A stretch of DNA of 63,989 nucleotides, counting the filler, from Candidatus Rokuibacteriota bacterium (GTDB lineage Bacteria; JAUVQV01; DATDCY01), in NCBI GenBank assembly GCA_031406795.1. It is 6 parts of 6 records of this genome, joined end to end, with 100 filler letters (N's around TTAATTAATTAA, not from the genome) between each part and the next. Parts side by side here need not be neighbours in the genome. Positions count along the whole stretch, not along the records: positions 1 to 26,561 come from JANOHV010000136.1; 5 more parts are not named here. One strand, given 5' to 3'. A program made the translations under genes and the position numbers. Shown piece by piece: positions 9,350 to 19,745 of the stretch; the stretch's first letter is position 1, and each line of letters begins with the position of its first letter. The notes beneath the pieces are model-generated. The model saw nothing but the letters and a program-made list of their open reading frames with translations, was not told the origin of the DNA and did not search any database.

Positions 9350-11444
9350 GCTCCTCGCCGTTCTGATCGTCCCGCTCCTCGCGGTCGCACTGGCCCTCGT
9401 GCTCGGCAGGATCCCCGGGGTCGATCTGCTCGCGCTGAAGGCCGGCGACGTGCAGCGGCGCCTGCTCGCCGACCCGCGGCGCGCCGACAGGCGGGTCGTG
9501 CTGATCGAGGTCGACCAGGCGAGCCTCGATCGTTTCGAGAGCGACAACATCGCCTACCCGTGGCCGCGCAGCCTCTACAATCCACTGCTCGAGCACTGCG
9601 CGCGCGGCGGCGCGAAGGCGGTGCTCTTCGATGTGCTTTTCAACAACCTCTCGCCCTGGGGGGAGGACACGGATACGGAGTTTGCGTCGGGGATCCGCCG
9701 GAGCGGCCGGGTGTTCCTGGCGGCCGCATTCTCGAATGGCGAGGCGGCCGGCGGTCCGCTCGACCCGCGGCTGAGCCTGCCCGTCGCGGGCCCGGCGCCG
9801 GCGGCACTCGTGCGCTCGGCCATTTCCCCGCCGCTGCCGGCGATCCGCGACGCCGCCGCCGGGATCGGCTCGGTGACGCTTCTGCCGGACGCCGACGGCG
9901 CCGTGCGGCGGCTGCCGGTCGGTGTGCTGTTCGGGGGGCGGCTGGTCCCCGGTCTCGCGTTCGCCCCGTTCGCCGCCGGGGCGGAAACGGCGCGATTCGC
10001 GCCGGGGCGGCTGCGCCTCGGCGGGTTGAGCGTGCCGATCGACGAACAGGGCCAGGTGCTGCTGCGCTACCACGGCCAGCGCAGCGAGTACCCGCGTTAC
10101 TCGGCGGCCGCCGTCATCACCTCCGCGCTCGCCGCCGCCGAGGGCCGCACGCCCGCGGTGCCGGCCGAGGTCTTCCGCGGCGCATACGTGATCGTCGGCG
10201 CCACCGCGCCGGGACTCCTCGACTTGAAGCCCACCCCGCTGGCCGCCACCGCGCCTGGTTTCGAAATCCACGTCGCCGCGATCGACAACATCCTGAATGG
10301 CGATTTTCTCGCGCCGGCGCCCCCGGCTGCGACCCTGGGGCTCGCTCTCGCGGCGGCGGCCTTCGTCGTCGCCGGAGTCATCTTCCTGCCCGCGGCCGCC
10401 GGGGCCGTCGCGGTGGCCGGCGTCTTTGGGGCGGTTCTCGCGACCCTGGCCGCCGCCTACCGAGCCGGCTGGTTCCTGGACCCGTGGACGATCGGCGTGT
10501 CGATCCTGCTGGCCGTCATCGGCGCCGCCGTCAGACGCTCCATGACCGAGGGCAGGGACAAGCGCTTCATCGCCGGGGCGTTCGCGCGCTACGTTTCCCC
10601 GAAGGTCGTCAAGCAGCTCATCGCGGACCCCAAGCGACTCGCGCTCGGCGGCGAGCGGCGCGACGTGACGGTCTTCTTCTCCGACCTGCAGGGCTTCACG
10701 TCGATCTCCGAGGGGATGGAGCCGCCGGAGCTGGTGGCCTTCCTCAACGAGTACACAACGCTGATGGCGGACATCATCACGGGGCCGGGCATCGACGGCA
10801 CGATCGACAAGTACATCGGCGACTCGGTGATGGCCTTCTGGGGGGCGCCGCTGCCGCAGCCGGACCACGCGCGCCGCGGCCTGCTCGCGGCGCTGGCTTG
10901 CCAGGAGCGCCTGCGCCCATTCTGCGACGGCCTGGTCGCGCGCGGCGGTCCGCGGCTGATCACGCGCATCGGCCTGAACAGCGGGACCTGCGTCGTCGGC
11001 AACATGGGCTCGCGCGACCGCTTCGACTACACCGCCATCGGCGACACCGTGAACCAGGCCTCGCGCCTCGAGGGGATCAACAAGGTCTACGGCACCCTGA
11101 TCATCGCCGCCGAGAGCACCTGGCTGGAGGCGCAGGGGGCGGCATTCGGGCGGCAGCTGGATCGCGTGCGCGTCAAGGGCAAGGCGGAGCCGGTGGCGAT
11201 CTACGAGGCGCTGGCGGCGGCGGGTGCGGAGTCCGAGGCGATGCGGGCGCTGGCGGCTGCCTACGCCGAGGCCTACGCCGCCTACCGGGAGCGACGGTGG
11301 GCGCGGACAATCGAGCTGGCCGAGGCGATCCTGCGCACGACCCCGGGCGACGGTCCCTCGATGACGCTGATCGCGCGCGCCCGTCCCTTCATCGTCGAGC
11401 CGCCGCAGGACTGGGACGGCGTCTGGACACTCAAATCAAAGTGA
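9339..11444 (+). CDS. CHASE2-domain class III adenylate/guanylate cyclase
   Basis: YPWPRS CHASE2 motif, TM helices, VFFSDLQGFT, DKYIGDSVMAFWGAP, DYTAIGDTVNQASRLEG. Confidence 0.92.
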
Positions 11445-12491
11445 TCGGCCCGCCTGCTGCGGGGAAAAATGCTCCCAGCTCTGCGGAACAAGCGGTGCGC
11501 GGCGGCCCTCTGCGTCGAGCACCGACACGCCGTCGCGCCGCGGCAGCACGCGCCCGATCGCCGTCACCCCCAGGCCCAGACGCTTCCCGAGCGCGAAGAC
11601 CCCGCGCTCGTCGCGCGGTCGCGCGGCGAAGAGCAGTTCGTATTCCTCCCCGCCATGCAGCGCCGCCGCGATCGGGTCGCGATCGAGCAGCCGCGCCGCG
11701 CGGGAGGTCGAGGCGAGCACCGGAAGCCGGTCCGCGTGAACTTCGGCCCCGACGTCGCTGGCGGCGCAGAGGCGGCCGAGGTCGCGCGAGATGCCGTCGC
11801 TGACGTCCATCGCCGCGCGCGCGAGCCCCGTGGCGGCGAGCGCGGCGCCGAACGCCAGGCGCGGCTCCGGGTGCAGGTGCCGCCGCACGCAGCGCCGCAG
11901 CGGGGCGGGAAGGCGGGCGAGTCCATCGCGCTCGAGGGCCGCGAGCCCCAGCGTCGAGCCGCCGAGATCTCCGGTCACGAACAGCTGATCGCCCGGCCGG
12001 GCGCCCTCCCGGGTCAGCAGGCGGGCGCCGGCCTCGCCCGCGAGGGTGAGCGAGAGGAAGATCCCTGCGGCGGAGGCACAGGTGTCCCCGCCGACGAGGG
12101 AGAAGCCGAAGCTGCGCGAAGCGCTGCGCAGGCCGCGCCCCAACGCCGCGGCGAATGACCGGTCGAGCCCGGGCGGCAGAGCCAGCGAGAGCAGCGCCCA
12201 GAGCGGGCGGCCGCCCATGGCGGCGATGTCGCTGGCGTTGACGGCCGCCAGCTTCCACCCCAGGTTGCCCGGGGGCGCCCAGCAGCGCCGGAAATGGATG
12301 TCTTCGGCGAGCAGGTCGGTGGTGAGCAGCAGCCGGGCGCCGCGCCCGGGGCGCACCACCGCCGTATCGTCACCGGGACCGATGACGACCAACCCGCGCG
12401 CGGCGCCGGGCTGCCGCCGCGGCCCTGCGAACATGCGCACGAGCGCGTCCTCGCCGATCTGCGACAGCGGCACTTCCCTGCGGGCGGGCAT
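11436..12491 (-). CDS. thiL: Thiamine-monophosphate kinase
   Basis: GPGDDTAV, AAVNASDIAAMGG, LVGGDT, AAMDVSDG, GGEEYELLF. Confidence 0.94.
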   Translation of the reverse strand: MPARREVPLSQIGEDALVRMFAGPRRQPGAARGLVVIGPGDDTAVVRPGRGARLLLTTDLLAEDIHFRRCWAPPGNLGWKLAAVNASDIAAMGGRPLWALLSLALPPGLDRSFAAALGRGLRSASRSFGFSLVGGDTCASAAGIFLSLTLAGEAGARLLTREGARPGDQLFVTGDLGGSTLGLAALERDGLARLPAPLRRCVRRHLHPEPRLAFGAALAATGLARAAMDVSDGISRDLGRLCAASDVGAEVHADRLPVLASTSRAARLLDRDPIAAALHGGEEYELLFAARPRDERGVFALGKRLGLGVTAIGRVLPRRDGVSVLDAEGRRAPLVPQSWEHFSPQQAGRSL

Positions 12492-12560
12492 GGCGGCATT
12501 GTAGCGCGGAAACATTGAAATCCCGAGGCCCTCTGCTATGATGCGGCACGGGAGGTTGAC

Positions 12561-13460
12561 ATGGAGGCGGTGGCTGCTGCGGCAACGGGATGCTCGTCCG
12601 GCTCCGGCGCATATGTGCACCTGCGCCGACTGATCCACGACCGCACGGGGTTCGACATCGAGTCCTACAAGGACCGCTTCATCGAGCGGCGGGTCGCCAT
12701 TCGCCTGCGGGCCACCCACCACGAAGGGCTCGGGGATTATCTCAAGTATCTCTCGTGCGAACAGGCGGAGATGGACCGGTTGCTGCGCTGCCTGACGATC
12801 CACGTGAGTTCCTTCTTCCGCAACGCCAGCACCTATGCGGCCATCCGCGCCGCGGTGTTTCCCGTGCTCTTCACCCCGGGCGCCTCGCGCCACCCGCGCA
12901 TCTGGAGCGTCGGCTGCTCCCGCGGGGAGGAACCTTACAGTCTGGCGATCCTCGCGCACGAGTACCTCGGGGCGGCGGCGCGGAGCTGGGACGTGCAGAT
13001 CCAGGCCATCGACATCGACGACCGGGTGCTGACCGAGGCGAAGGCCGGCGAGTACACCTGGCCGCAGGTCGCCGATCTCGACGCCGCCCGCCGCGAGCGG
13101 TATTTCGTCCACGGGGAGCGCTGGCGCCTCGTGCCGGAGATCCGCCGGATGGTGCGCTTTCACCGTCGCGACATCCTGATGGATCCGCCGGGAGGCGAGT
13201 ACGACTGCATCCTCTGCCGCAATCTGCTGATCTATCTCGACCGTCCGGGACAGGAGGCGGTGCTCGAGCGTTTCGCGCGCGCACTGCGGCCGGGCGGTTT
13301 TCTCGTCCTCGGCCGGACCGAGGTTTTCGTCGGCGCGGGCCGCGAGGCCTTCGAGGTCGTGGACCCGCGCGAACGCATCTACCGCCGACTCCGCGCCAGC
13401 GGGCCGGCTCCCGTCGGTGAAGCGCCCGCGCCGTGCGCGGCGTCAAGGGGGAGATTATGA
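12561..13460 (+). CDS. cheR: Chemotaxis protein-glutamate methyltransferase
   Basis: [37 protein letters not shown]. Confidence 0.93.
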   Translation: MEAVAAAATGCSSGSGAYVHLRRLIHDRTGFDIESYKDRFIERRVAIRLRATHHEGLGDYLKYLSCEQAEMDRLLRCLTIHVSSFFRNASTYAAIRAAVFPVLFTPGASRHPRIWSVGCSRGEEPYSLAILAHEYLGAAARSWDVQIQAIDIDDRVLTEAKAGEYTWPQVADLDAARRERYFVHGERWRLVPEIRRMVRFHRRDILMDPPGGEYDCILCRNLLIYLDRPGQEAVLERFARALRPGGFLVLGRTEVFVGAGREAFEVVDPRERIYRRLRASGPAPVGEAPAPCAASRGRL

Positions 13461-14704
13461 GGGCCAAGCTTGTCCTGAGCTTTCTGCTGGTCGTCCTGTC
13501 GATCGTGGCGGTGAACGCCATCTTCTATTACACGGTCCACGATGAATTGAAGCGCCTGGTGCTCTCCACCGCCGTCGGCATCGCCGTGGGCATGAGTCTC
13601 GGCTATTTCATCTCCCGCTCGATCACCTCCGGCATCTCACGGCTCGCGGAGGTGACGCGCGAGATCGCGGCCGGCGACCTGACCAAGGAAGTGTCCACGC
13701 AGGGCGACCGGGAACTGGTCGCCCTCGCCGACGCCTTCCAGATGATGCTCGGGCAGCTGCGCATGGTCGTCAGCCAGATCCAGGTCAGTGCCGGGACGCT
13801 CAGCGGGTCGGCGGCGGGCTTTTCCGCGACAACGCAGCAGATGAGCACCAGCGGCGAGGAGATCGCCTCGGCGACCGAGCACATCGCCAAGGGCGCCGAG
13901 ATGCAGGTCGAGGTTGTCGAGCGGGCGGCCGGGCGGATCCGCGAGGGCGCCGCGGCGGTGACGCGCATCGCGGAGCGGGCGCGGACGGCGGCCGAGGCCA
14001 GCGCCGTCGCGGGGGAAACCGCGCAGCGCGGCGGCACCGCCGCCACGGCCGCCCTGGAGAAGATGCGGCAGGTGTTCGAGAAGATGGAGGCGTCGGTCGA
14101 CCTGGTCCACGGCTTCGGCGAGCGGACCCAGAAGATCGGCAAGATCGTGGATGTCATCACCGGGATCTCCCAGCAGACCAACCTGCTGGCCCTCAACGCC
14201 GCGATCGAGGCGGCACACGCCGGCGAGTACGGGCGTGGCTTCTCCGTGGTCGCCGACGAGATCCGCAAGCTCTCGGAGGCGACGCGCCGCTCGGCCGAGG
14301 AGATCACCGCACTGGTCGGCGAGATCGGCCAGGAGAGCGCCAAAGTCCTGGTCTCGATGGAGTCGGGGACTCTGGAGATCCGCGAGGGTCGCGAGGTGAT
14401 CGACACGGTGCGCGGTTCGCTGGACGGGATCATCCACGGCACCGTCGAAGTCGCCCAGGGGGTCAGGGAAATCTTCACGCTCGCGGCGGAGCAGGCGCGC
14501 GGGTCCGCGGAGATGGTCAAGGCCACCGACGAGATCTCCCGCATCGCCGAGGACAACGCGGCGGCGACCGAGGAGGCCTCGGCCGCCACCCAGGAACTCA
14601 CCGCCTCCCTGGAGCAGATGGCCGGCTCGGCGCAGGAACTGGCGACACTCGCCGATGGGCTGCGCCAGACGGCGAGCCGATTCAGCGTCACGAGCCGGGG
14701 GTGA
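13457..14704 (+). CDS. Methyl-accepting chemotaxis protein, DifA-like (2 TM, minimal periplasmic loop, HAMP)
   Basis: [33 protein letters not shown]. Two TM helices are separated by about 10 residues. Confidence 0.92.
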   Translation: MRAKLVLSFLLVVLSIVAVNAIFYYTVHDELKRLVLSTAVGIAVGMSLGYFISRSITSGISRLAEVTREIAAGDLTKEVSTQGDRELVALADAFQMMLGQLRMVVSQIQVSAGTLSGSAAGFSATTQQMSTSGEEIASATEHIAKGAEMQVEVVERAAGRIREGAAAVTRIAERARTAAEASAVAGETAQRGGTAATAALEKMRQVFEKMEASVDLVHGFGERTQKIGKIVDVITGISQQTNLLALNAAIEAAHAGEYGRGFSVVADEIRKLSEATRRSAEEITALVGEIGQESAKVLVSMESGTLEIREGREVIDTVRGSLDGIIHGTVEVAQGVREIFTLAAEQARGSAEMVKATDEISRIAEDNAAATEEASAATQELTASLEQMAGSAQELATLADGLRQTASRFSVTSRG

Positions 14705-14707
14705 GGC

Positions 14708-15211
14708 GTGGATGATTCGCAGCGCGCGGCGGGGGCGGGCGACGAGCTGCGCCTGCTCTTCTTTCGCAGCGCCGGCGAGCGCTTCGCGCTGGACGTGGCC
14801 TACGTGCGCGAGATCATCCCCGCGCAGACGATCACGCTGGTCCCCTTCGTGCCGCCCACGGTCGCGGGCATCATCAACCATCGCGGCACGATCTACACGC
14901 TGATCCGTTTTGCCCGGCTGGCCGGACTCGGCCGGGATCAGGAGGGAACCGTTGCACTGCTGCGCCTGCCGGAGATGGCGGTCGGCATCGCCATCGAGTC
15001 GGTCGAGGGCATCGAGCGGGTGTCCGGCCGGCTGATGAACACGGCCACCGAAGGGGCGCATCCCCCAACCGTTCCCTTTCTGCGTCGCGCGTGCGATCCC
15101 TCCGGGCGGTTCGTGCACGCGATTGACGCAGAGCTGTTGGTCGACACCATCTACCGGCTCCCCGAGCTCGCGCGCGCCGGGGAGACCGCACAGGAGGCCA
15201 GCCATGAATGA
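14708..15211 (+). CDS. cheW: CheW coupling protein
   Basis: FALDVAYVREI, VPFVPPTVAGIINHRGTI, located in a che operon. Confidence 0.85.
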   Translation: MDDSQRAAGAGDELRLLFFRSAGERFALDVAYVREIIPAQTITLVPFVPPTVAGIINHRGTIYTLIRFARLAGLGRDQEGTVALLRLPEMAVGIAIESVEGIERVSGRLMNTATEGAHPPTVPFLRRACDPSGRFVHAIDAELLVDTIYRLPELARAGETAQEASHE

Positions 15212-15349
15212 CGCTTGTGCACGAGGCCCGGCAGCGGCGACGCGTGGAGGAGGCTCCGGCCTCGTCCGCGGGCGTCGAGTCGCCCACCATCTCCCTGAAC
15301 CCGGAAGTTGCCGCGGCGGCGCGGCGCTGCGCGCAGCGCGGGAGCGACG

Positions 15350-15718
15350 ATGACGGCCCGGGTGCTGATCGTTGACGACGCCCTCTTCATGCGCACCATG
15401 CTGCGCAATATCTTCGTGGAGAGCGGCTTCGAGGTGGTCGGCGAGGCCGGCAACGGCAGCGAGGCGGTTGAGAAATACCGCGCGCTGCGGCCCGACCTGA
15501 CCACCATGGATATCGTGATGCCGGAAAAGAACGGCATCGAGGCGCTCAAACTGATCATGCTCTTCGATCCGCGTGCCCGTGTGGTCATGTGCAGCGCGCT
15601 CGGCCAGGAGTCGCTGATCATCGAGGCGCTCGAGGCCGGCGCGCGGGACTTCATCGTCAAGCCATTCAAGCCGGCGAAGGTCGTCGAGGTCGCGCAAAAA
15701 ATTCTGGCGGCCGAATAA
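15350..15718 (+). CDS. cheY: CheY-like response regulator (DifD-like)
   Basis: VLIVDDALFMR, PDLTTMDIVMP, MCSALGQ, FIVKPF. Confidence 0.92.
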   Translation: MTARVLIVDDALFMRTMLRNIFVESGFEVVGEAGNGSEAVEKYRALRPDLTTMDIVMPEKNGIEALKLIMLFDPRARVVMCSALGQESLIIEALEAGARDFIVKPFKPAKVVEVAQKILAAE

Positions 15719-17898
15719 TGGATCTGTCGAAATACCGGCAGCTCTTCCTCGACGAGTGCCGGGAGCACCTGCAGGTGATCAATCGTGAACTCCTGCGCCT
15801 CGAGCAGGAGGGCGAGACCGGGGGGGTGGACGCGCTGTTTCGGGCCGCCCACTCCATAAAGGGGATGTCGGGGTCGATGGGGTACGACTCCGTCGTCGCG
15901 GTCAGCCACGCGCTCGAGGATATTCTTGATCGCCTGCGCAAGAAGACGCTTGGGGCGGATTCCGGGCTGATGGGGCTGCTCTACGAGGGCGTGGACTCGC
16001 TGGGGGCGCTCGTCGCCGAGATTGAAGAAAAAGGGGCGACGCAGCTCGAAGTCGCCGGGCTCGTGCTGCGGTTGCGGGACGCTTCGCGCGGGATGATACC
16101 CGCGCCGGTGGCGGTGGAAATCGGGGAGGCCTTGTGCCTGCCGGCCGTCGGCGTCGCGCCACCGGCAGACCCCCCGATGCCCGTGATGCCACCCGCAGCG
16201 CCACCGGTGATGCTACCCGTGACGCCGGCGCCAGCGATCGCTGCCGCGCCGCCGGCAATACCCTCCGAAGACCTGGGGGCCGATCTGGTCGCGGCCCGCG
16301 GCGGCATCTTCTCCCTGGAGCCCGAGAAGCTCGCGATGGTGCGGGATTTCGTGCGCAGCGGACTGGTCCCCTACGCCTGCCAGCTGCGCGTTTCCAAGGA
16401 CTCAGCGGCGCTGTGCGCCCGGAATTTCATCATCCTCGGCCGACTGGCCAAGACGGGAATGGTGCTCGCTTCGAATCCCAGCGTCGAGGAAGTCCGCGCC
16501 GGGATCGGCCGGGAGCTCGTCGAGGCGCTGCTGCTGACCGAGCGGCCGGAAGACCAGCTCAGGTCCCAACTGCTGGCGATTCCCGAACTCGTCGAACTGC
16601 AGCTCAGGCGCCTGAGTATCGGCGGCGTGGAGCGGGGGGCGGGCGCCGCGGCGGGGGAGGGCGCGCCGACCCTGCTCGCCCCGCGCGAGACGACCATCGA
16701 CCGGCCCGCGGGCTCGGTGCCCGGGCTCGCCGACCGCTACGCGCCGAAAAAAGCCTCGACGGTGCGCGTCGACACCCGGGTGCTCGACGACCTCATCAAC
16801 ATCGTTGGCGAGATGCTGATCACGCGCGAGCGGCTCCAGGAGATCGGCCGCGAGTTGGAGAGCGAGGAGCTGCATCTGAACCTGGATCGCCTGCGCGTGC
16901 TCGTGCGCGGTTTCCAGGACACGATCATGACCGTGCGCATGATGCCCCTCGCGCTCGTCACCGACCGGCTCCCGCGCATCGTCCGCGACCTCGCCCACCA
17001 GTCGGGCAAGCAGGTCGCCTTCGAGGTGCTGGGACAGAACATCGAACTGGACCGGGCGATACTCGAAGAGCTCAACGACGTGCTGATCCACCTGGTGCGC
17101 AACGCCATCGACCACGGCGTTGAGTCGCCGGAGCGCCGCACCGCCGCGGGCAAGCCGGCCAAGGCCGTAATCCGGGTGCGCGCCGGGCGCGAGCGCGACT
17201 GGGTCTGGATCCGCGTCGAGGACGACGGGCGCGGCATGGACCCCGAGCGCATCGCCCGCGCCGCGGCCGCGCGCGGCCTGGTCAGCGCGGAGCGCGTCGC
17301 CGCGATGGAGCCCCGCGAAAAGCTCATGCTCTGCTGCCTTCCCGGCGTCAGCACGGCCGAGACCGTCACCGACATTTCCGGGCGCGGCGTAGGCATGGAC
17401 GTGGTCAAGTCCCGCGTCGACGCGTTCGGCGGCGCGTTGCAGATCGACTCGCAGCCGGGCCGCGGCGCGGCCGTCACGCTGCGCCTGCCCCTGACGCTGG
17501 CGATCATCCGCATCCTGCTCGTGGAGGTCCGCGGGCAGGAATATGGGCTGCCCGTCTCGCACGTGCTGCGCACGGCCCAGATGGACCCCAACGAGATCGA
17601 GTGGTCGCAGCAGCAGCCGCTGCTGCGGCTGGGCCGGCGGCTGGTGCCGCTGCACGACCTCGGGGCGCTGGTCGGACTGCCGCCGCGCGACCTGCGCGCC
17701 CACCCCGGCCTTTTCCTCGCGGTCTCGGAGTTCGGCGAGCGCGCCGCCGGGCTGGCGGTCGACCGGCTGCTCGGCACCTACGAGGTGGTGATCAAGCCGC
17801 TCGGCCCGCCCCTGAAGCGGGTGCGCGGCCTGGCCGGGGTCACCGTTATGGGCGACGGGCGCACGGTGCTGCTGCTCGACCTGGCGGCCCTGATCTAG
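15718..17898 (+). CDS. cheA: CheA histidine kinase (DifE-like)
   Basis: Hpt FRAAHSIKG, HLVRNAIDHG, DDGRG, SGRGVGMDVV, C-terminal CheW domain. Confidence 0.95.
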   Translation: MDLSKYRQLFLDECREHLQVINRELLRLEQEGETGGVDALFRAAHSIKGMSGSMGYDSVVAVSHALEDILDRLRKKTLGADSGLMGLLYEGVDSLGALVAEIEEKGATQLEVAGLVLRLRDASRGMIPAPVAVEIGEALCLPAVGVAPPADPPMPVMPPAAPPVMLPVTPAPAIAAAPPAIPSEDLGADLVAARGGIFSLEPEKLAMVRDFVRSGLVPYACQLRVSKDSAALCARNFIILGRLAKTGMVLASNPSVEEVRAGIGRELVEALLLTERPEDQLRSQLLAIPELVELQLRRLSIGGVERGAGAAAGEGAPTLLAPRETTIDRPAGSVPGLADRYAPKKASTVRVDTRVLDDLINIVGEMLITRERLQEIGRELESEELHLNLDRLRVLVRGFQDTIMTVRMMPLALVTDRLPRIVRDLAHQSGKQVAFEVLGQNIELDRAILEELNDVLIHLVRNAIDHGVESPERRTAAGKPAKAVIRVRAGRERDWVWIRVEDDGRGMDPERIARAAAARGLVSAERVAAMEPREKLMLCCLPGVSTAETVTDISGRGVGMDVVKSRVDAFGGALQIDSQPGRGAAVTLRLPLTLAIIRILLVEVRGQEYGLPVSHVLRTAQMDPNEIEWSQQQPLLRLGRRLVPLHDLGALVGLPPRDLRAHPGLFLAVSEFGERAAGLAVDRLLGTYEVVIKPLGPPLKRVRGLAGVTVMGDGRTVLLLDLAALI

Positions 17899-17926
17899 CC
17901 GGGTCCGGCGGCCGGCGAGGCGACGG

Positions 17927-19729
17927 GTGAAGACGACATCGGAAAACCTGTTCGGCATCCTTGCGCGCGTCGGCGTGCTTTCGGCCGACCAGGTCCAGGA
18001 GCTCTCGCAGCGCTGGGCGGCGCACCTGCGCGCGAAGTCCCCCCGGCGTCGCGCCGCGGGGCGGCCCGGCCCGGTCGAGAGCGAGCGCCCCGACCCCGAC
18101 CTGCTGGATTTCATCGCCGGCCAGCGGGTGCGCTCCGCGAAGGACGGCCGGCGCCTGATCGGCGAGCGCGAACTCTACGAAGGGCTGGCGCTCGGACTCG
18201 GGCTGCCGTTCCAGCGGATCGACCCGCTGCGGCTGGACATGGACCTGGTGACGCGCACCATCCCGCGCCCCTTCGCGGTGCGCCACCTGATGGTGCCGCT
18301 CTCGCTGGCGGGCGACGTGTTGACGCTGGCCACCGCCGACCCGTTCAACGACGAGGGTCTCGAGAACATTCAGCGCTCCTGCGGCTACACGATCCAGGCG
18401 GTCGTCGCGGTCAAGAGCGACATCATCAAGACCATCACCGAATTCTACGGCTTCAAGTCCTCGGTCGTGATGGCGGAAGCCGGCATGGCGCCCGCGGTCG
18501 GCGCGCTCTCGAGCCTCGAGCAGTACGTGCGCCTCAAGTCCGTCAAGGAGATGGAGGCGACCGATCACCACATCGTCAACGCGGTGGATTTTCTCTTCAC
18601 GTACGCCTTCGACCAGCGCGCCAGCGACATCCACTTCGAGCCGCGGCGCGAGCGAGCGCGGATCCGCTTCCGCATCGACGGCCTGCTGAACACGATCCAC
18701 CAGGTGCCGAACGTGATCCACCCGGCGATGGTCTCGCGCATCAAGATGCTCTCGCGCCTGGACATCGCCGAGCGGCGCCGCCCCCAGGACGGCCGCATCA
18801 AGGTCGCGCACAAGGGCCGCGACTTCGAGATCCGCGTCTCGACGCTGCCCACCGCCTTCGGGGAGAAGGTCGTGATGCGCATCTTCGATCCGGAGATCCT
18901 GCTGCAGGACATCGCGCAGCTCGGCTTCACGCCCGAGCAGCTGCAGGTCTACCAGCGCATCGCCTCGGCGCCGCACGGGATCATCCTGGTCACCGGGCCC
19001 ACCGGCAGCGGCAAGACGACTACGCTGTACTCCACGCTCTCGGTGCTGGCGACCGAGGAGCGCAACGTGACCACCGTCGAGGACCCGATCGAGATGATCC
19101 ACGAGGACTTCAACCAGGTCGGCGTGCAGCCCCAGGTCGGCCTGACGTTCGCGACGACGCTGCGGCACATCCTGCGCCAGGACCCCGACATCATCATGGT
19201 CGGCGAAATCCGCGACGGCGAAACTGCCGAGAACGCGATCCAGGCCGCGCTCACCGGCCACCTCGTGCTCTCGACGCTGCACACCAACGACGCCCCGACA
19301 GCGATTACCCGGCTCGCGGACATGGGGATCCCCCGCTACCTGGTCGGCTCGACGATTCTGCTCGTGGTCGCCCAGCGGCTGGTCCGCCGCATCTGCCCGC
19401 ACTGTGTCGAGGAGTACGCGCCGACGCCGGAGGAGCTGGCCTCGCTCGGGCTGGCGGCCGGCGCCCGGCCGGTGCGGCTGCGGCGGGGGGGCGGCTGCGC
19501 CCAGTGCCGGTTCACCGGACACCACGGGAGAACCGGCCTGTTCGAGCTGATGCCCGTCACCCCGGGGCTGCGGGCGCTGATTCACAGCGGGGCCGATCAG
19601 GGCGCGATCCTGGTCGCCGCCCGCAAGGAGGGGATGCGCACGCTGCGGGAGTCGGGCGTGCAGAAGGTGCTGCGCGGCGTCACGACGCTTGCCGAGGTGC
19701 TCCGCGTCACGATGGGCGACGTGGCCTGA
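17927..19729 (+). CDS. GspE/PilB-family secretion or pilus assembly ATPase
   Basis: ASDIHFEP, GPTGSGKTTT, LRQDPDIIMVGEIRD, LSTLHTND, CPHC...CAQC zinc motif. Confidence 0.93.
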   Translation: MKTTSENLFGILARVGVLSADQVQELSQRWAAHLRAKSPRRRAAGRPGPVESERPDPDLLDFIAGQRVRSAKDGRRLIGERELYEGLALGLGLPFQRIDPLRLDMDLVTRTIPRPFAVRHLMVPLSLAGDVLTLATADPFNDEGLENIQRSCGYTIQAVVAVKSDIIKTITEFYGFKSSVVMAEAGMAPAVGALSSLEQYVRLKSVKEMEATDHHIVNAVDFLFTYAFDQRASDIHFEPRRERARIRFRIDGLLNTIHQVPNVIHPAMVSRIKMLSRLDIAERRRPQDGRIKVAHKGRDFEIRVSTLPTAFGEKVVMRIFDPEILLQDIAQLGFTPEQLQVYQRIASAPHGIILVTGPTGSGKTTTLYSTLSVLATEERNVTTVEDPIEMIHEDFNQVGVQPQVGLTFATTLRHILRQDPDIIMVGEIRDGETAENAIQAALTGHLVLSTLHTNDAPTAITRLADMGIPRYLVGSTILLVVAQRLVRRICPHCVEEYAPTPEELASLGLAAGARPVRLRRGGGCAQCRFTGHHGRTGLFELMPVTPGLRALIHSGADQGAILVAARKEGMRTLRESGVQKVLRGVTTLAEVLRVTMGDVA

Positions 19730-19745
19730 CCGGCCGCCGCATTCC

